From the NCBI GenBank assembly GCA_004524535.1, contig SDNY01000063.1, forward strand, positions 1-21,003: a stretch of DNA of 21,003 nucleotides, given 5' to 3'. Shown piece after piece: positions 1 through 9,276 of the stretch. The position numbers and the translations under genes are program-made. How positions within the stretch are numbered: the stretch's first letter is position 1; each line of letters begins with the position of its first letter. Source of the DNA: Promethearchaeota archaeon (lineage in GTDB: Archaea; Asgardarchaeota; Lokiarchaeia; Sigyniarchaeales; SOKP01). Below the pieces are notes generated by a model. The model searched no databases. It saw only the letters and a program-made list of their open reading frames with translations, and had not been told where the DNA came from.

Positions 1-103
1 AAGCTGAGGCGCCACACAGCACAAGGATTGATAGTATGAAGTGCGAAAAAATGTTAATTCCAAGAGTTTAAATAGTAACAATCTAAATTTTTACTAAATA
101 AGT

Positions 104-142
104 AAAAGAAAAAAAAATGGCTTATCACCTAAAAGGTGTTAA
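104..142 (-). terminator. Putative terminator of the ABC operon (short hairpin followed by oligo-T)
   Basis: CACCT-AAA-AGGTG hairpin at 126-138. On the minus strand it is followed by a T9 run (A109-117 on +) and T4, about 30-60 nt downstream of the permease stop. Confidence 0.35.
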
Positions 143-166
143 TACCAAAATTTAAAATTTGTTGAT

Positions 167-1150
167 TTATACCGAAATTTCTCTTTTCTTTAAGCTTATC
201 AAACCATAGATTAAAAGAAATACAGCAATACCAATCCAAACTAACAAGGACACCCATGAATATACATAATCATTCCTTTTCATGCCGCCAGGGTTGATGT
301 CTTGGTCGGGATCCGTAGGGGATGCGATATCATATACCCCAGTGAACTGAGCAAACCAAGTTTGCCATTCTGCTACTGGAGGAATTGCGTTAAAAAAGTC
401 TAAAAAGCCAACATAGATATTTCCTAAATGATATCCCAGATCGATGATATATAAATAATAAGTCTCATAAGAAGCAGCGAGGAACATCTTGAGAATCATC
501 ATACCTAAGAAAGAAAAAATCACTAAGAAAATTACTATTAATCCAGCATTTCTTGGTCTATTTACGATCGATGATAGTGCTAATGTAATACTGCAAAAAA
601 TAAGTAAAAGGACCAAAGAATAAAGATAGGTCACAAATAGGAATGGAATGATTCCAAAAAAGTGAGTAATGTTGGCAGAATATCTTAGTACAGCTATCCA
701 TCCTATTGAAAAAATGGCAACAAAACTTAGAGTAGCACCATAAAGGAATAATCCAATATATTTACCAATAAATATTTTCACTCGCATAATTGGTTTACTT
801 ACCAATATTAGCATAGTTCCTGAATGAACCTCTTCGGAAATAAGGGAGGCTCCACTAGTACCAATAATGCAGATAAAGGAAATTCCTAAAGTCCAAAAGA
901 ATAGGATAAAAACAATAGCAATACTTATGGCTGCTGCACCGTGCTGAGGAGAGATTGATTCATATTCAATTGTTGATGGAAAAGCAATAGTGACTAGTAG
1001 AGGGATGAGCATAATAATCAAGGAAATGATAAATTTCTTCAGCGATGCTAAATCCTGAAATGTTTTTTTAACTAGTATAAGTGTATTTCTGTGTGTTTCT
1101 TCCTCTCTATCTTTTCTTGAAAAAACTGATTTAACTTTTGCTAAAGTCAT
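167..1150 (-). CDS. ABC-2 type transporter permease (NosY/GldF-like family)
   Basis: About 6 hydrophobic TM segments and the family motif ISEEVHSGTMLILVSKPIMRVKIFIGKY (E-x-x-x-GT...L..P..R......K). Overlaps the ATPase stop by ATGA at 1147-1150. Confidence 0.9.
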   Translation of the reverse strand: MTLAKVKSVFSRKDREEETHRNTLILVKKTFQDLASLKKFIISLIIMLIPLLVTIAFPSTIEYESISPQHGAAAISIAIVFILFFWTLGISFICIIGTSGASLISEEVHSGTMLILVSKPIMRVKIFIGKYIGLFLYGATLSFVAIFSIGWIAVLRYSANITHFFGIIPFLFVTYLYSLVLLLIFCSITLALSSIVNRPRNAGLIVIFLVIFSFLGMMILKMFLAASYETYYLYIIDLGYHLGNIYVGFLDFFNAIPPVAEWQTWFAQFTGVYDIASPTDPDQDINPGGMKRNDYVYSWVSLLVWIGIAVFLLIYGLISLKKREISV

Positions 1151-2127
1151 TTTTTATCACCCTTTTCTACATAAACTTCCATAAAAATATCTTGAAGTGA
1201 GATTTCAGGTATATGGAAGCTATATAATATTGCGTTATTTTCTAATATCACCTTAGGCATTTCCTGCTTAAGTTTGTCCGCATCTTGAGGTATTATTTGG
1301 ATTGTTCCATCTTCTTCTTTTATCCAGGTATTTTGGACATAATCTTTCTGTTTTAAAGATTTTAACATTTCCTTGTTCTTATTGGTGTCTAATTCATATG
1401 TATTGCCGATGTATTGTTGCTTAATATTTTTTAAAGTGTCCGAGATAACGATTGCACCTTTATTAATCATAGTTACCCTTTCACACATCTGTTCAATTTC
1501 AGATAAAATGTGGCTCGATACAAAAACACTTACTGTTTTAGAGATTTCCTTGATTTTATCAATTATATTTGCGCGTCCAATAGGATCTAAATTGGCCGTT
1601 GGCTCATCTAATATAAGGAGTTTTGGTTTGTGTATTAATGCTGCCGCTATACCAATTTTTTGTTTCATACCACCTGAATATTCACCGATAGGTCTAGTTC
1701 TATCATTAAAAATATCAAAATATACACATAATTCTTGAGCTCTCTTCCTTGCTTCCATCTTATTCAATCCTCCTAACTTTCCCATATAGATCAAATATTC
1801 TTCTCCTGTCATATTGTCGTAAAAAACTGGATCTTGAGGTAAAAATCCTATTAAGCGTCGTGCTTCTACGGTACCTGCTTTTTCGTTTCTGATTTTTGCT
1901 TCACCTGATGTTATAGCAAGGGCTCCAACTAACATATTCATTGTTGTTGTTTTACCAGCTCCATTAGGACCAAGAAAACCATGAATTCCAGGTTCTATGC
2001 GTAGATTTATTTTCTTTACAGCTTCAAATGCTTTGTCTTTTTTCCCATAGATTTTTTGAAGTTCATTACTCAAAATTTCATATTGAAATTCTGCCTCTTT
2101 CTCATATGCTTTCTTTCTTTTTATCAT
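1147..2127 (-). CDS. ABC transporter ATP-binding protein (ABC-2/drug-exporter type)
   Basis: Walker A GPNGAGKTT, Q-loop LPQ, signature YSGGM, Walker B LLILDEP, H-loop SSH. ATGA overlap with the upstream giant ORF at 2124-2127. Confidence 0.96.
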   Translation of the reverse strand: MIKRKKAYEKEAEFQYEILSNELQKIYGKKDKAFEAVKKINLRIEPGIHGFLGPNGAGKTTTMNMLVGALAITSGEAKIRNEKAGTVEARRLIGFLPQDPVFYDNMTGEEYLIYMGKLGGLNKMEARKRAQELCVYFDIFNDRTRPIGEYSGGMKQKIGIAAALIHKPKLLILDEPTANLDPIGRANIIDKIKEISKTVSVFVSSHILSEIEQMCERVTMINKGAIVISDTLKNIKQQYIGNTYELDTNKNKEMLKSLKQKDYVQNTWIKEEDGTIQIIPQDADKLKQEMPKVILENNAILYSFHIPEISLQDIFMEVYVEKGDKK

Positions 2128-5100
2128 ATCTGTATCTCCTCCATTTCTTTTTCTTTATCAATTAAAACGATTTTTGCTTTCCTCTTTTTATTTCGTTTAT
2201 AAAAGATAACAAGAGCGCTAATTACAACGGCTATTATTGCAGTTAATATGAACATCGAATAATCGGCTGGAACTGTGATAGTAACTTCGTCCACTGCGAT
2301 GACTATACCACTTTTATCATACATGAAAATTTGGATATTTTTTTCACCAGCTCCAAGAGATACTTTACATGACAAGGATTCTGTCCTATTATAAACATTT
2401 CCATCAATTATTAACTCGAAGAAATCGTAATCTGCATCCGTTTCCCATTCAATAGTGAATCTACTCGATTTCATCTTATCATCATCTTCGAGGTCAGAGA
2501 ATTCAACTTCAAATTCTGAATTTATACAAAAGAACGATTCACCACTTGCAAGAATAAATTCTGGTTTTCTATCACCTGTAAAATCAACGGTCCTATATAT
2601 TGCATCAACACTTCCTAAATTAAACCTATAGAGTAATTCTTGATTGTATATATCTAATAGATCTGTAATATGACCAGTTATATAAGCATCCTCTGAACGT
2701 GTATATGTATTATGGCTACAAATAATTTCATCCTTTCCATCTCCATTAAAATCACCTATGTTTTCGATAACATCGAAAAATTCATAAGTGACTTCTTCCC
2801 AGTCATACGTTTGTTCATATGGCTCTAACTCCCATGCTTCTTTATCAAAACCACTGTCATCGTCATCATCATCATCGTCATCATCATCATCAGCAATATC
2901 CCATTCTTCTGGTTCAATTTCTTCTAATTCAAAACCAGAACTATGAGCAATATCTAATGGTAAAATTGCTGCACCTTTTGAATATAAATTATCATCCCAA
3001 CCACTCTTAGAACATTGCGTTCCAATAATCCCATCAAGAATATTGTCTTCATTGAGATCACTTGTGTACGCAAATGGCAATGTAAACGTTCGTTCGTCTG
3101 GATCGATATCGCTTTGCCATTCCTCATACTTTTCGCTAATCTTACCATCTTCAATTATTTCTTCTAGATCAATGTCAACAATCGCATCGCCAGGATTAGT
3201 TGAAGATCCGCTAAAAATTTTAATACTTCGACCCCATTGGGAGGAAGCTAAATGTTCATAATAACCATCCCCATTTAAGTCAGCATACGAAAATTTAATT
3301 CTATAACCAATATAATTTGGTCTAAAATCGTTCCTTGCAGGCGTCCATCGACTTCTTCCGAGGGGATCTAAGTTATCAGGATTATTTATATAACAGACAA
3401 GAGATTGTGTATCGGGATTAATAATTTTTATTCCTTGGAAGGAATTAGAATCTGTTTGGTAATCACCTAAAATTAATCCTAACTTTCCATATTTATATGG
3501 AGTTGTACCTGGAATTTCATAAAAATCACTCCATTTATCTGTATAATTGAGAGACATTGCATCATTATAAGATATCGTCGGATCCGCATAATTATCATAG
3601 TTAGTTATTGAATTATCCCAATCAGCATCATCGATGTATTCATGAGAAAAATATCTACCACCATCTTCAAATGTACCACTTAAAATCCAACCGTTTGAGC
3701 TACTAATATCGTATATTGTAGCGCTAACACGACTAAAAGGAATTTTATCTCTACGATTATTAAGATCATAATCCCACTGAGCAGATATTCCCTGATTTTT
3801 CACATCGTAAAGAATTAATCTTGATGACCAATAAGGAGAACTATAAGATGTTTCATATCCGGCCACTACTAATATATCAAGATACTCATCTCCGGTACCA
3901 TTTATCACCTTGAAATCTTGAATTTTAAGATTTAAAATGTTATCTAATTTAGGTTCCCATTTCTCAGTATTCAAATTATACTTATACACATAATATTGAT
4001 CCCATTCATTACCGAATACGCCCCAGTAAAACATAGCAACCCCAAAGCTATCAATAGTAAGATTGAAAGGTTTTGTATAAGTAATATTGATACGTAATTG
4101 TAAAATATTGTTGGACATAAAGTATTCCGATATAAAAGATTCATTTGCGTAATCAAATTCCACACCATTATCTATACCCCATACTTTTGTCGGATTATAG
4201 GTTCCACGTTTAATGATATATAAGCTGTCATTTCTGAATGAGTTAGTTAGATTAAAACTCGTAGCATTATTTCTATATCCAAGAGGTTTTTCTGGGGAAG
4301 ATGTAGCATTGTTGTAATCTCCGTGCCAAGAATTGAAAGGTGCTTCTGGACCAATAGTTCGTTCACTTGCATTGATACTAAATGGAAGCCAATTATCCCC
4401 AGTAGCATTTTTAATCTCATATCTGAAATTATATACCCCATCCTCAGTGCGATTAGAATAAACATTACTTTGAATTTTTAAACCAGATAGTCTTTCTAAT
4501 TGACTAAGATCATGATAATCAAATCCAAATTCAACTGGAATAGTGAAATTAATAACAGTCTCCCAGATTGTTCCTTTATTCTCTGCTTCAATCGTATAAT
4601 TGCCCAACTCATATAAATAATTGACAACTAATTCATCGATCGATAAATCAAAACTTTTAGAATCTTCTGCATCAATTCTAATCCTTACTAAGTTATTATT
4701 ATCATCATCAACAAAATCAATGACCTCAGCCCATTCATCTTCTAAGAATTGCCATTGAACACTAGTCGAATTTATTGAATTCGGACTTATTCTTCTCCAA
4801 TCATGAAGAAATCCATCCCATATCGAAATGTCTATCTCATCAACTACTTTTGAGAGGTTTCCGATATAGTCTACGATGAGATATTTTGGAAGCCTTCCAA
4901 AATCTAATGATTGATTAAAAGACATTTCTATTGCTATTCTCTGTTTTCCTCCAGAAGAGACCGAATCAACAGTCCAAAAATTATTATCCTCTTTTTCAGT
5001 ATCTTCAGAGGAGCTAACTACAGCAGCACCGATTTTTATATCTGCCGTTGCGTCAGAGGAAGTTATAGTATGATTATCTCCGGTAAGTCCAAATAAATCG

Positions 5101-7466
5101 AAAAATGAATCGTTTGATTCTCCTGATTCAAGGCCAACTTCCGTTGCATGTGTTAAAGTAGAGTAAGGCCAATAATCATACCATAAAATATCACTCCAAT
5201 CATCAGGATCATGCCAACTATGTGGAATCTCACCATATGTTCTATGAGTTATATTTCCGGCATAAGAGTATAAACCAGTAGGGTTGACGAAGGTTCCACC
5301 AGTATAGCCGAACTCACGATGATATTTATAAGGGAAATCGACTAAAGGTCTTTCCCAGATTATTTCACCCTTTTTACCGCTAATTGCCAAGAATCTTGTA
5401 TAGGGTGCTAATAATGCTCTATTGATTGCTTCTTCCTTGTAATTATTTTCATAGTCCTCATAAGATGTTATTGAAACGGTTGATTGCCCAGTAAGATCTT
5501 TAATATAATCTTCGAGCTCCGGAGGATATGCACTCGGCATTACCCAGCCAGCATAATCATCAATATTATCATCATCAATATCCCCGATATTAACAACATC
5601 TCTAAATCCCTCGTAATAATTATAGGGGGGTGTAGCCTCCCATAATACGTCTCCTGTTGCACCACTAATGGTCAAGAATTCAGAGATCACAACTTCATCC
5701 TCAGCAGGGTCTCCATCCTGTATATTATACCTTTCCCATTCAGTAAGCCCAATTTCATCACCTTCATATTCTCTCCATGTTGGGTCAAAACTACTGATTC
5801 TCTGAAATAAGAAGTCCTTAACATCATCATCATCAATAGAATCAATCTGAGTCAGTTTTGTACCGCCCGATGCTTTAGATCTAGACCATAGAATTTGCTC
5901 ATTTTTCGTATCGATAAGCATATATTTACCATCATCACCAATAGCAAACAAATCATCAACGCCATCATCATTAGTGTCTCCTACATTTAATAAATACTTA
6001 CCAACAGTATCAGTTTCGTCAAGTTTATCTTCCCAATCATCTCCCGTCCTAACGACAGGGTATGATAGCGATGAATCCAAGCCGTAGGAAAAATAATCAT
6101 TATAGTAAATACCCTGATAATTTGAACCTTGACCTGTCCCAGCTTCAAAATTATTTCTAAAGAAATATGCTTTAATCACCGATTCATCATTAATGAATTC
6201 TGGATATGAAGCTGTATAAAGAATAGGATCGTAATCAAATTCACCTCCACTTATGTCTTCAATAGAATCACCATCAAAATTAAAAAGAACACCCTCAAAA
6301 TCGAGCTCATCTAAAGAATTAAAATCTTCATCAGAATATTCCAGATGGTACGCAATTGCCATATAATCTCGTGAACCGTCTCCATTTACATCAATGGTAT
6401 TTAATAATTTCATTCCAGCATGTTGAAAAATTCTCCGTTCACAGCTATAGGGGGAAGTTAATATATCATCAGTTGATCCCACTTCATCATCATATTCAGG
6501 TATTTCATAAAGTTCATAACTATCTATTTCTTCACCATCATCACCTGAGACAGCATATAAATATCCGTCATCTGTAGAAACTATTATATCATCACCATCT
6601 ATAATTATATCATCAATAGAGCTATCTACTTCTTTCTCTACCACCACTGCTAAGCTTCTAACTAATATCGTTGTTGAAGGAGTTATTTCTGAAGTCCATT
6701 CAAGTTCTCCATTATCTATATCAACTGCTACTAATTCTCCTGCTTCTGAACCTGCAATAATTTTATCATCTAATTGTTCAATGTTCCAGATATCATTAGT
6801 ACAAGCATCATCATTTACCCAGATTTCATCTCCATCATCTCCCTCTAAAGCAATAATCCTATTCCAAGAGGAAATGACAACATCTTGGCCGTCTTGATCA
6901 TCGATATCATCAACTACTTCAATATCCCATGTATAGGTAATAAATTCTCGAACAGCAAACGTCTCTGTATCATACCCTTTGACTCTTGGATCGTATTTCC
7001 AAATCTCACGCCCATCATCTGAATCAACCGCAATAACATTAGCGTGTTCTCTATCGTACACCACCAAAACTATATCTTTTAGCCCATCTCCTGAGATATC
7101 GTCAATTAAATCAAATGCAATTACTTCTCCAAATGTCATATAACTCATGCTTATGACACCATCCAATGTTAGTGTTGCTATTCCCCCGTCAGTTCCTATA
7201 ACAATGAATTCTTCTCCTCCAGCTTCAAAGGTAACCTTTTGAGGCTGCATAGTCGCTCCCTCACCTGGCATTCCACTTCCAAATCTCCATAATATTGAAT
7301 CAATATCTTTATCTCCATTTTCTTTGGGTTCCTCGTAGTAATAATCTATTAAAGGAGGCAATACAATCGCAAGAATTGGCACTGCTACTAATGCTGCTAT
7401 TATCCCCATTGATATTGGTTTCTTATGTTTTTTAACAAATGGTTTGAGCTTAGATTTAAATTCCAT
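2124..7466 (-). CDS. Giant acidic cell-surface protein with PQQ-like/FG-GAP-like beta-propeller repeats, N-terminal signal/TM and C-terminal TM anchor
   Basis: N-terminal basic stretch plus hydrophobic helix (ISMGIIAALVAVPILAIVLPPLI). Repeated blade motifs (AVDSDDGREIW, ALEGDDGDEIW, AVDIDNGELEW, TISGATGDVLW, AISGKKGEIIW) and about 10 DxxGDG-type loops (DISGDGLKD, DVNGDGSRD, DTNDDGVDD, DLNGDGYYE, DFNGDGKDE, DFTGDRKPE). C-terminal TM (MFILTAIIAVVISALVIFY) followed by KRNKKRKAK. Confidence 0.85.
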   Translation of the reverse strand: MEFKSKLKPFVKKHKKPISMGIIAALVAVPILAIVLPPLIDYYYEEPKENGDKDIDSILWRFGSGMPGEGATMQPQKVTFEAGGEEFIVIGTDGGIATLTLDGVISMSYMTFGEVIAFDLIDDISGDGLKDIVLVVYDREHANVIAVDSDDGREIWKYDPRVKGYDTETFAVREFITYTWDIEVVDDIDDQDGQDVVISSWNRIIALEGDDGDEIWVNDDACTNDIWNIEQLDDKIIAGSEAGELVAVDIDNGELEWTSEITPSTTILVRSLAVVVEKEVDSSIDDIIIDGDDIIVSTDDGYLYAVSGDDGEEIDSYELYEIPEYDDEVGSTDDILTSPYSCERRIFQHAGMKLLNTIDVNGDGSRDYMAIAYHLEYSDEDFNSLDELDFEGVLFNFDGDSIEDISGGEFDYDPILYTASYPEFINDESVIKAYFFRNNFEAGTGQGSNYQGIYYNDYFSYGLDSSLSYPVVRTGDDWEDKLDETDTVGKYLLNVGDTNDDGVDDLFAIGDDGKYMLIDTKNEQILWSRSKASGGTKLTQIDSIDDDDVKDFLFQRISSFDPTWREYEGDEIGLTEWERYNIQDGDPAEDEVVISEFLTISGATGDVLWEATPPYNYYEGFRDVVNIGDIDDDNIDDYAGWVMPSAYPPELEDYIKDLTGQSTVSITSYEDYENNYKEEAINRALLAPYTRFLAISGKKGEIIWERPLVDFPYKYHREFGYTGGTFVNPTGLYSYAGNITHRTYGEIPHSWHDPDDWSDILWYDYWPYSTLTHATEVGLESGESNDSFFDLFGLTGDNHTITSSDATADIKIGAAVVSSSEDTEKEDNNFWTVDSVSSGGKQRIAIEMSFNQSLDFGRLPKYLIVDYIGNLSKVVDEIDISIWDGFLHDWRRISPNSINSTSVQWQFLEDEWAEVIDFVDDDNNNLVRIRIDAEDSKSFDLSIDELVVNYLYELGNYTIEAENKGTIWETVINFTIPVEFGFDYHDLSQLERLSGLKIQSNVYSNRTEDGVYNFRYEIKNATGDNWLPFSINASERTIGPEAPFNSWHGDYNNATSSPEKPLGYRNNATSFNLTNSFRNDSLYIIKRGTYNPTKVWGIDNGVEFDYANESFISEYFMSNNILQLRINITYTKPFNLTIDSFGVAMFYWGVFGNEWDQYYVYKYNLNTEKWEPKLDNILNLKIQDFKVINGTGDEYLDILVVAGYETSYSSPYWSSRLILYDVKNQGISAQWDYDLNNRRDKIPFSRVSATIYDISSSNGWILSGTFEDGGRYFSHEYIDDADWDNSITNYDNYADPTISYNDAMSLNYTDKWSDFYEIPGTTPYKYGKLGLILGDYQTDSNSFQGIKIINPDTQSLVCYINNPDNLDPLGRSRWTPARNDFRPNYIGYRIKFSYADLNGDGYYEHLASSQWGRSIKIFSGSSTNPGDAIVDIDLEEIIEDGKISEKYEEWQSDIDPDERTFTLPFAYTSDLNEDNILDGIIGTQCSKSGWDDNLYSKGAAILPLDIAHSSGFELEEIEPEEWDIADDDDDDDDDDDDSGFDKEAWELEPYEQTYDWEEVTYEFFDVIENIGDFNGDGKDEIICSHNTYTRSEDAYITGHITDLLDIYNQELLYRFNLGSVDAIYRTVDFTGDRKPEFILASGESFFCINSEFEVEFSDLEDDDKMKSSRFTIEWETDADYDFFELIIDGNVYNRTESLSCKVSLGAGEKNIQIFMYDKSGIVIAVDEVTITVPADYSMFILTAIIAVVISALVIFYKRNKKRKAKIVLIDKEKEMEEIQI
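2856..2891 (-). repeat. In-frame GAT/GAC trinucleotide tract encoding 12 consecutive Asp
   Basis: + strand reads gtc atc gtc atc atc atc atc gtc atc atc atc atc; the protein reads IADDDDDDDDDDDDSG. Confidence 0.95.
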
Positions 7467-7650
7467 TTTTTACCACGTTTGTAATTAAATAGTTTTTTTT
7501 TATTAGATTTTAGATTAAAAAAATTAAGATGTCTATTTATTTAAAGCTTTAGTTAAAATAATTGGTAAAAAGAAGAGCGATACTTAATTGTATAAGATTG
7601 AAAATCCCTTAATATAACTGAAATAAGCAAATGGGTCTAAATAATACGTC

Positions 7651-7690
7651 AAAAAAAACCCGCATTATTCTAGACTTAATAGGAGGTTTT
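7651..7690 (-). terminator. Putative terminator downstream of the gelsolin-like gene
   Basis: Minus strand AAAACC-TCCT-ATTA-AGTCTAGAA-TAAT-GCG-GGTTTT-TTTT: an imperfect hairpin ending in a T8 run, about 50 nt after the stop at 7739. Confidence 0.45.
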
Positions 7691-7738
7691 CTTGCCAATC
7701 TTTCGACGATTATTTCTTTTTATTTGACAGAAAAAGGT

Positions 7739-8524
7739 TTAATCTTCTTTTGGTAATTCCTCAGGCATTTGAAACGCATTAATTAATGTATCTAAGCGCC
7801 CGTTTTTATTAAATTTTTCTTCGGTAAAAATAGGAATTGATACTTCTAATAATTTCGTCTCAGGTTTATCTTTTTCGTGAATATATAATTCAATTCCCTG
7901 TATTTTTCTATCATTTATAATTAGACGGGGTGAGTAATTCTTAAAAAAAGTAAAACCTCTATTTAATCTTCCTAATTTCAAGGGCTTTTTGATTTCCTTT
8001 TTTTCTGTTATAAAAGATTCTGTTATCTCTTCGTCAGTATATATATCTCCCCCTACAATCATAAATTTTCTTATAAAATTTTCAGGGGGAGGAATTTGAT
8101 TTATATATTCTAATGATTGCTTTACACGCATTACTGGAAATATTTTGATATTAGCCTTAACTTTAAATCCACCTTCAAACTCTATAAAATCTTTTTTTTC
8201 GATTGCTTGTGCTCCTCCTCCACTAAGGGGTTTTTCCATTATTTCTTGAAAAGTCTCATCTTTTTTAGAAAATCTGTTTAAAGGAGATATATTATATCTT
8301 AATTGAAGTTGTTGTTTAAGCATTTGTGCTAATCTATTACCATACATTTGTAATTTGAAAGAACTTTTATACCCATTATAAGTCCAAATTCTATTCATAT
8401 TATGATCAACTATTAGGTAAACTTGGTTCTCTTTTATTACATCACTGACGATTTCACCTTCATGAATTTCCCTCGTCATCATATAAGGAAATTCGTCTAA
8501 TTTAACAACCTCAAAGACTTGCAT
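7739..8524 (-). CDS. Asgard gelsolin-like protein (one N-terminal gelsolin domain plus C-terminal domain, 1DGelX-like)
   Basis: The N-terminal ~95 aa fit the gelsolin-domain pattern: IKENQVYLIVDHNMNRIWTYNGYKSS (cf. L.s.dvfild....iwvW.G..ss), long helix GNRLAQMLKQQ and terminal ETFQEIM. The C-terminal beta-rich domain (FMIVGGDIY...GFTFFKNYSPRLII...IQGIELY) resembles, from memory, the X domain of Asgard one-domain gelsolins. Confidence 0.7.
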   Translation of the reverse strand: MQVFEVVKLDEFPYMMTREIHEGEIVSDVIKENQVYLIVDHNMNRIWTYNGYKSSFKLQMYGNRLAQMLKQQLQLRYNISPLNRFSKKDETFQEIMEKPLSGGGAQAIEKKDFIEFEGGFKVKANIKIFPVMRVKQSLEYINQIPPPENFIRKFMIVGGDIYTDEEITESFITEKKEIKKPLKLGRLNRGFTFFKNYSPRLIINDRKIQGIELYIHEKDKPETKLLEVSIPIFTEEKFNKNGRLDTLINAFQMPEELPKED

Positions 8525-8654
8525 AGAATATCCTAAAAATTTCTTTTTGTGTCAAATAAGCTATTATTCAATAAAATATTTAAATTTTCATACCCTTTAT
8601 TACTCAATTTTCTTTTTATAAGTTTACAATCTTCCTTTTGTAAGTTTGATAAAA

Positions 8655-9056
8655 ATGAGTTCTGAGAAAAGAGTATATAAATTAAATATTTCTGGTGGAA
8701 ACACAGGAAAAGGAAAAGGACTATCTAAATTAGTACAAATTGATGAAAATAAATTTCGTTTTGATGGCATGAAGATTGGTGATTTGATTAAAGGGGGTTT
8801 GATAGGATTTCCTAACTACGAATTTGAGATTACAGGAGGGAGTGATGCTTCCGGTTTTCCGATACGAAAAGATGTGCATGGTCCCGTGAAGAAAAAAATT
8901 TTAGTTTCCAAACGAGGTATAGGATATAAACCTACAAGGAAAGGGCAAAAAAGAAGAAAAACTGTAAGAGGGAACGAAATAACCCATGATATCACTTTAA
9001 TTAATCTCAAAGTAATAAAATATGGTGAAGTAGAACTTTTTAAAACAAAAGAATAA
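8655..9056 (+). CDS. rps6e: 30S ribosomal protein S6e (eS6)
   Basis: GMKIGD, EITGGSDASGFPIRKDVHG and GQKRRKTVRGNEI are S6e hallmarks. ATG at 8655 preferred over TTG at 8646. Confidence 0.97.
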   Translation: MSSEKRVYKLNISGGNTGKGKGLSKLVQIDENKFRFDGMKIGDLIKGGLIGFPNYEFEITGGSDASGFPIRKDVHGPVKKKILVSKRGIGYKPTRKGQKRRKTVRGNEITHDITLINLKVIKYGEVELFKTKE

Positions 9057-9075
9057 GATAAGAAGGTGATTTGAG

Positions 9076-9258
9076 ATAGTTAAGGTTAAGAAATGTTCTT
9101 TCTGTGGCTTCGATATCCCCATTGGAAGAGGGATAATGTTTGTTAGGAAAGATGGTACTATCCTAAACTTTTGTACAGCAAAATGTAGGAAAGCAATGTT
9201 AGAGTACAAGAAAAATCCGAGAAAAACGCGCTGGACTAGTTTCTATGGAAAGCATTAG
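9076..9258 (+). CDS. rpl24e: 50S ribosomal protein L24e (eL24); not in the ORF track; apparent ATA start
   Basis: Manual translation: (I/M)VKVKKCSFCGFDIPIGRGIMFVRKDGTILNFCTAKCRKAMLEYKKNPRKTRWTSFYGKH*. It carries the L24e zinc motif CxxC...G.G.MFVRKDG...FCxxKC and NPRK..WT. SD-like AGGTGAT at 9064-9070. Confidence 0.95.
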   Translation: MVKVKKCSFCGFDIPIGRGIMFVRKDGTILNFCTAKCRKAMLEYKKNPRKTRWTSFYGKH

Positions 9259-9276
9259 TTTTTATTCATGTTTCCT

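Noticed and set aside
1-71. Possible 3' end of a + strand CDS entering the window (frame 3 AEAPHSTRIDSMKCEKMLIPRV*, or frame 1 KLRRHTAQGLIV*)
   Set aside because: Too short to choose a frame or recognise a product.
1373-6577. Short track ORFs inside the ABC ATPase and giant protein genes (1373-1738, 2819-3010, 2954-3154, 3043-3261, 3971-4168, 4247-4465, 4911-5096, 6356-6577)
   Set aside because: Antisense or off-frame shadows of well-supported genes. The His-rich peptide at 2819-3010 is just the reverse reading of the poly-Asp tract.
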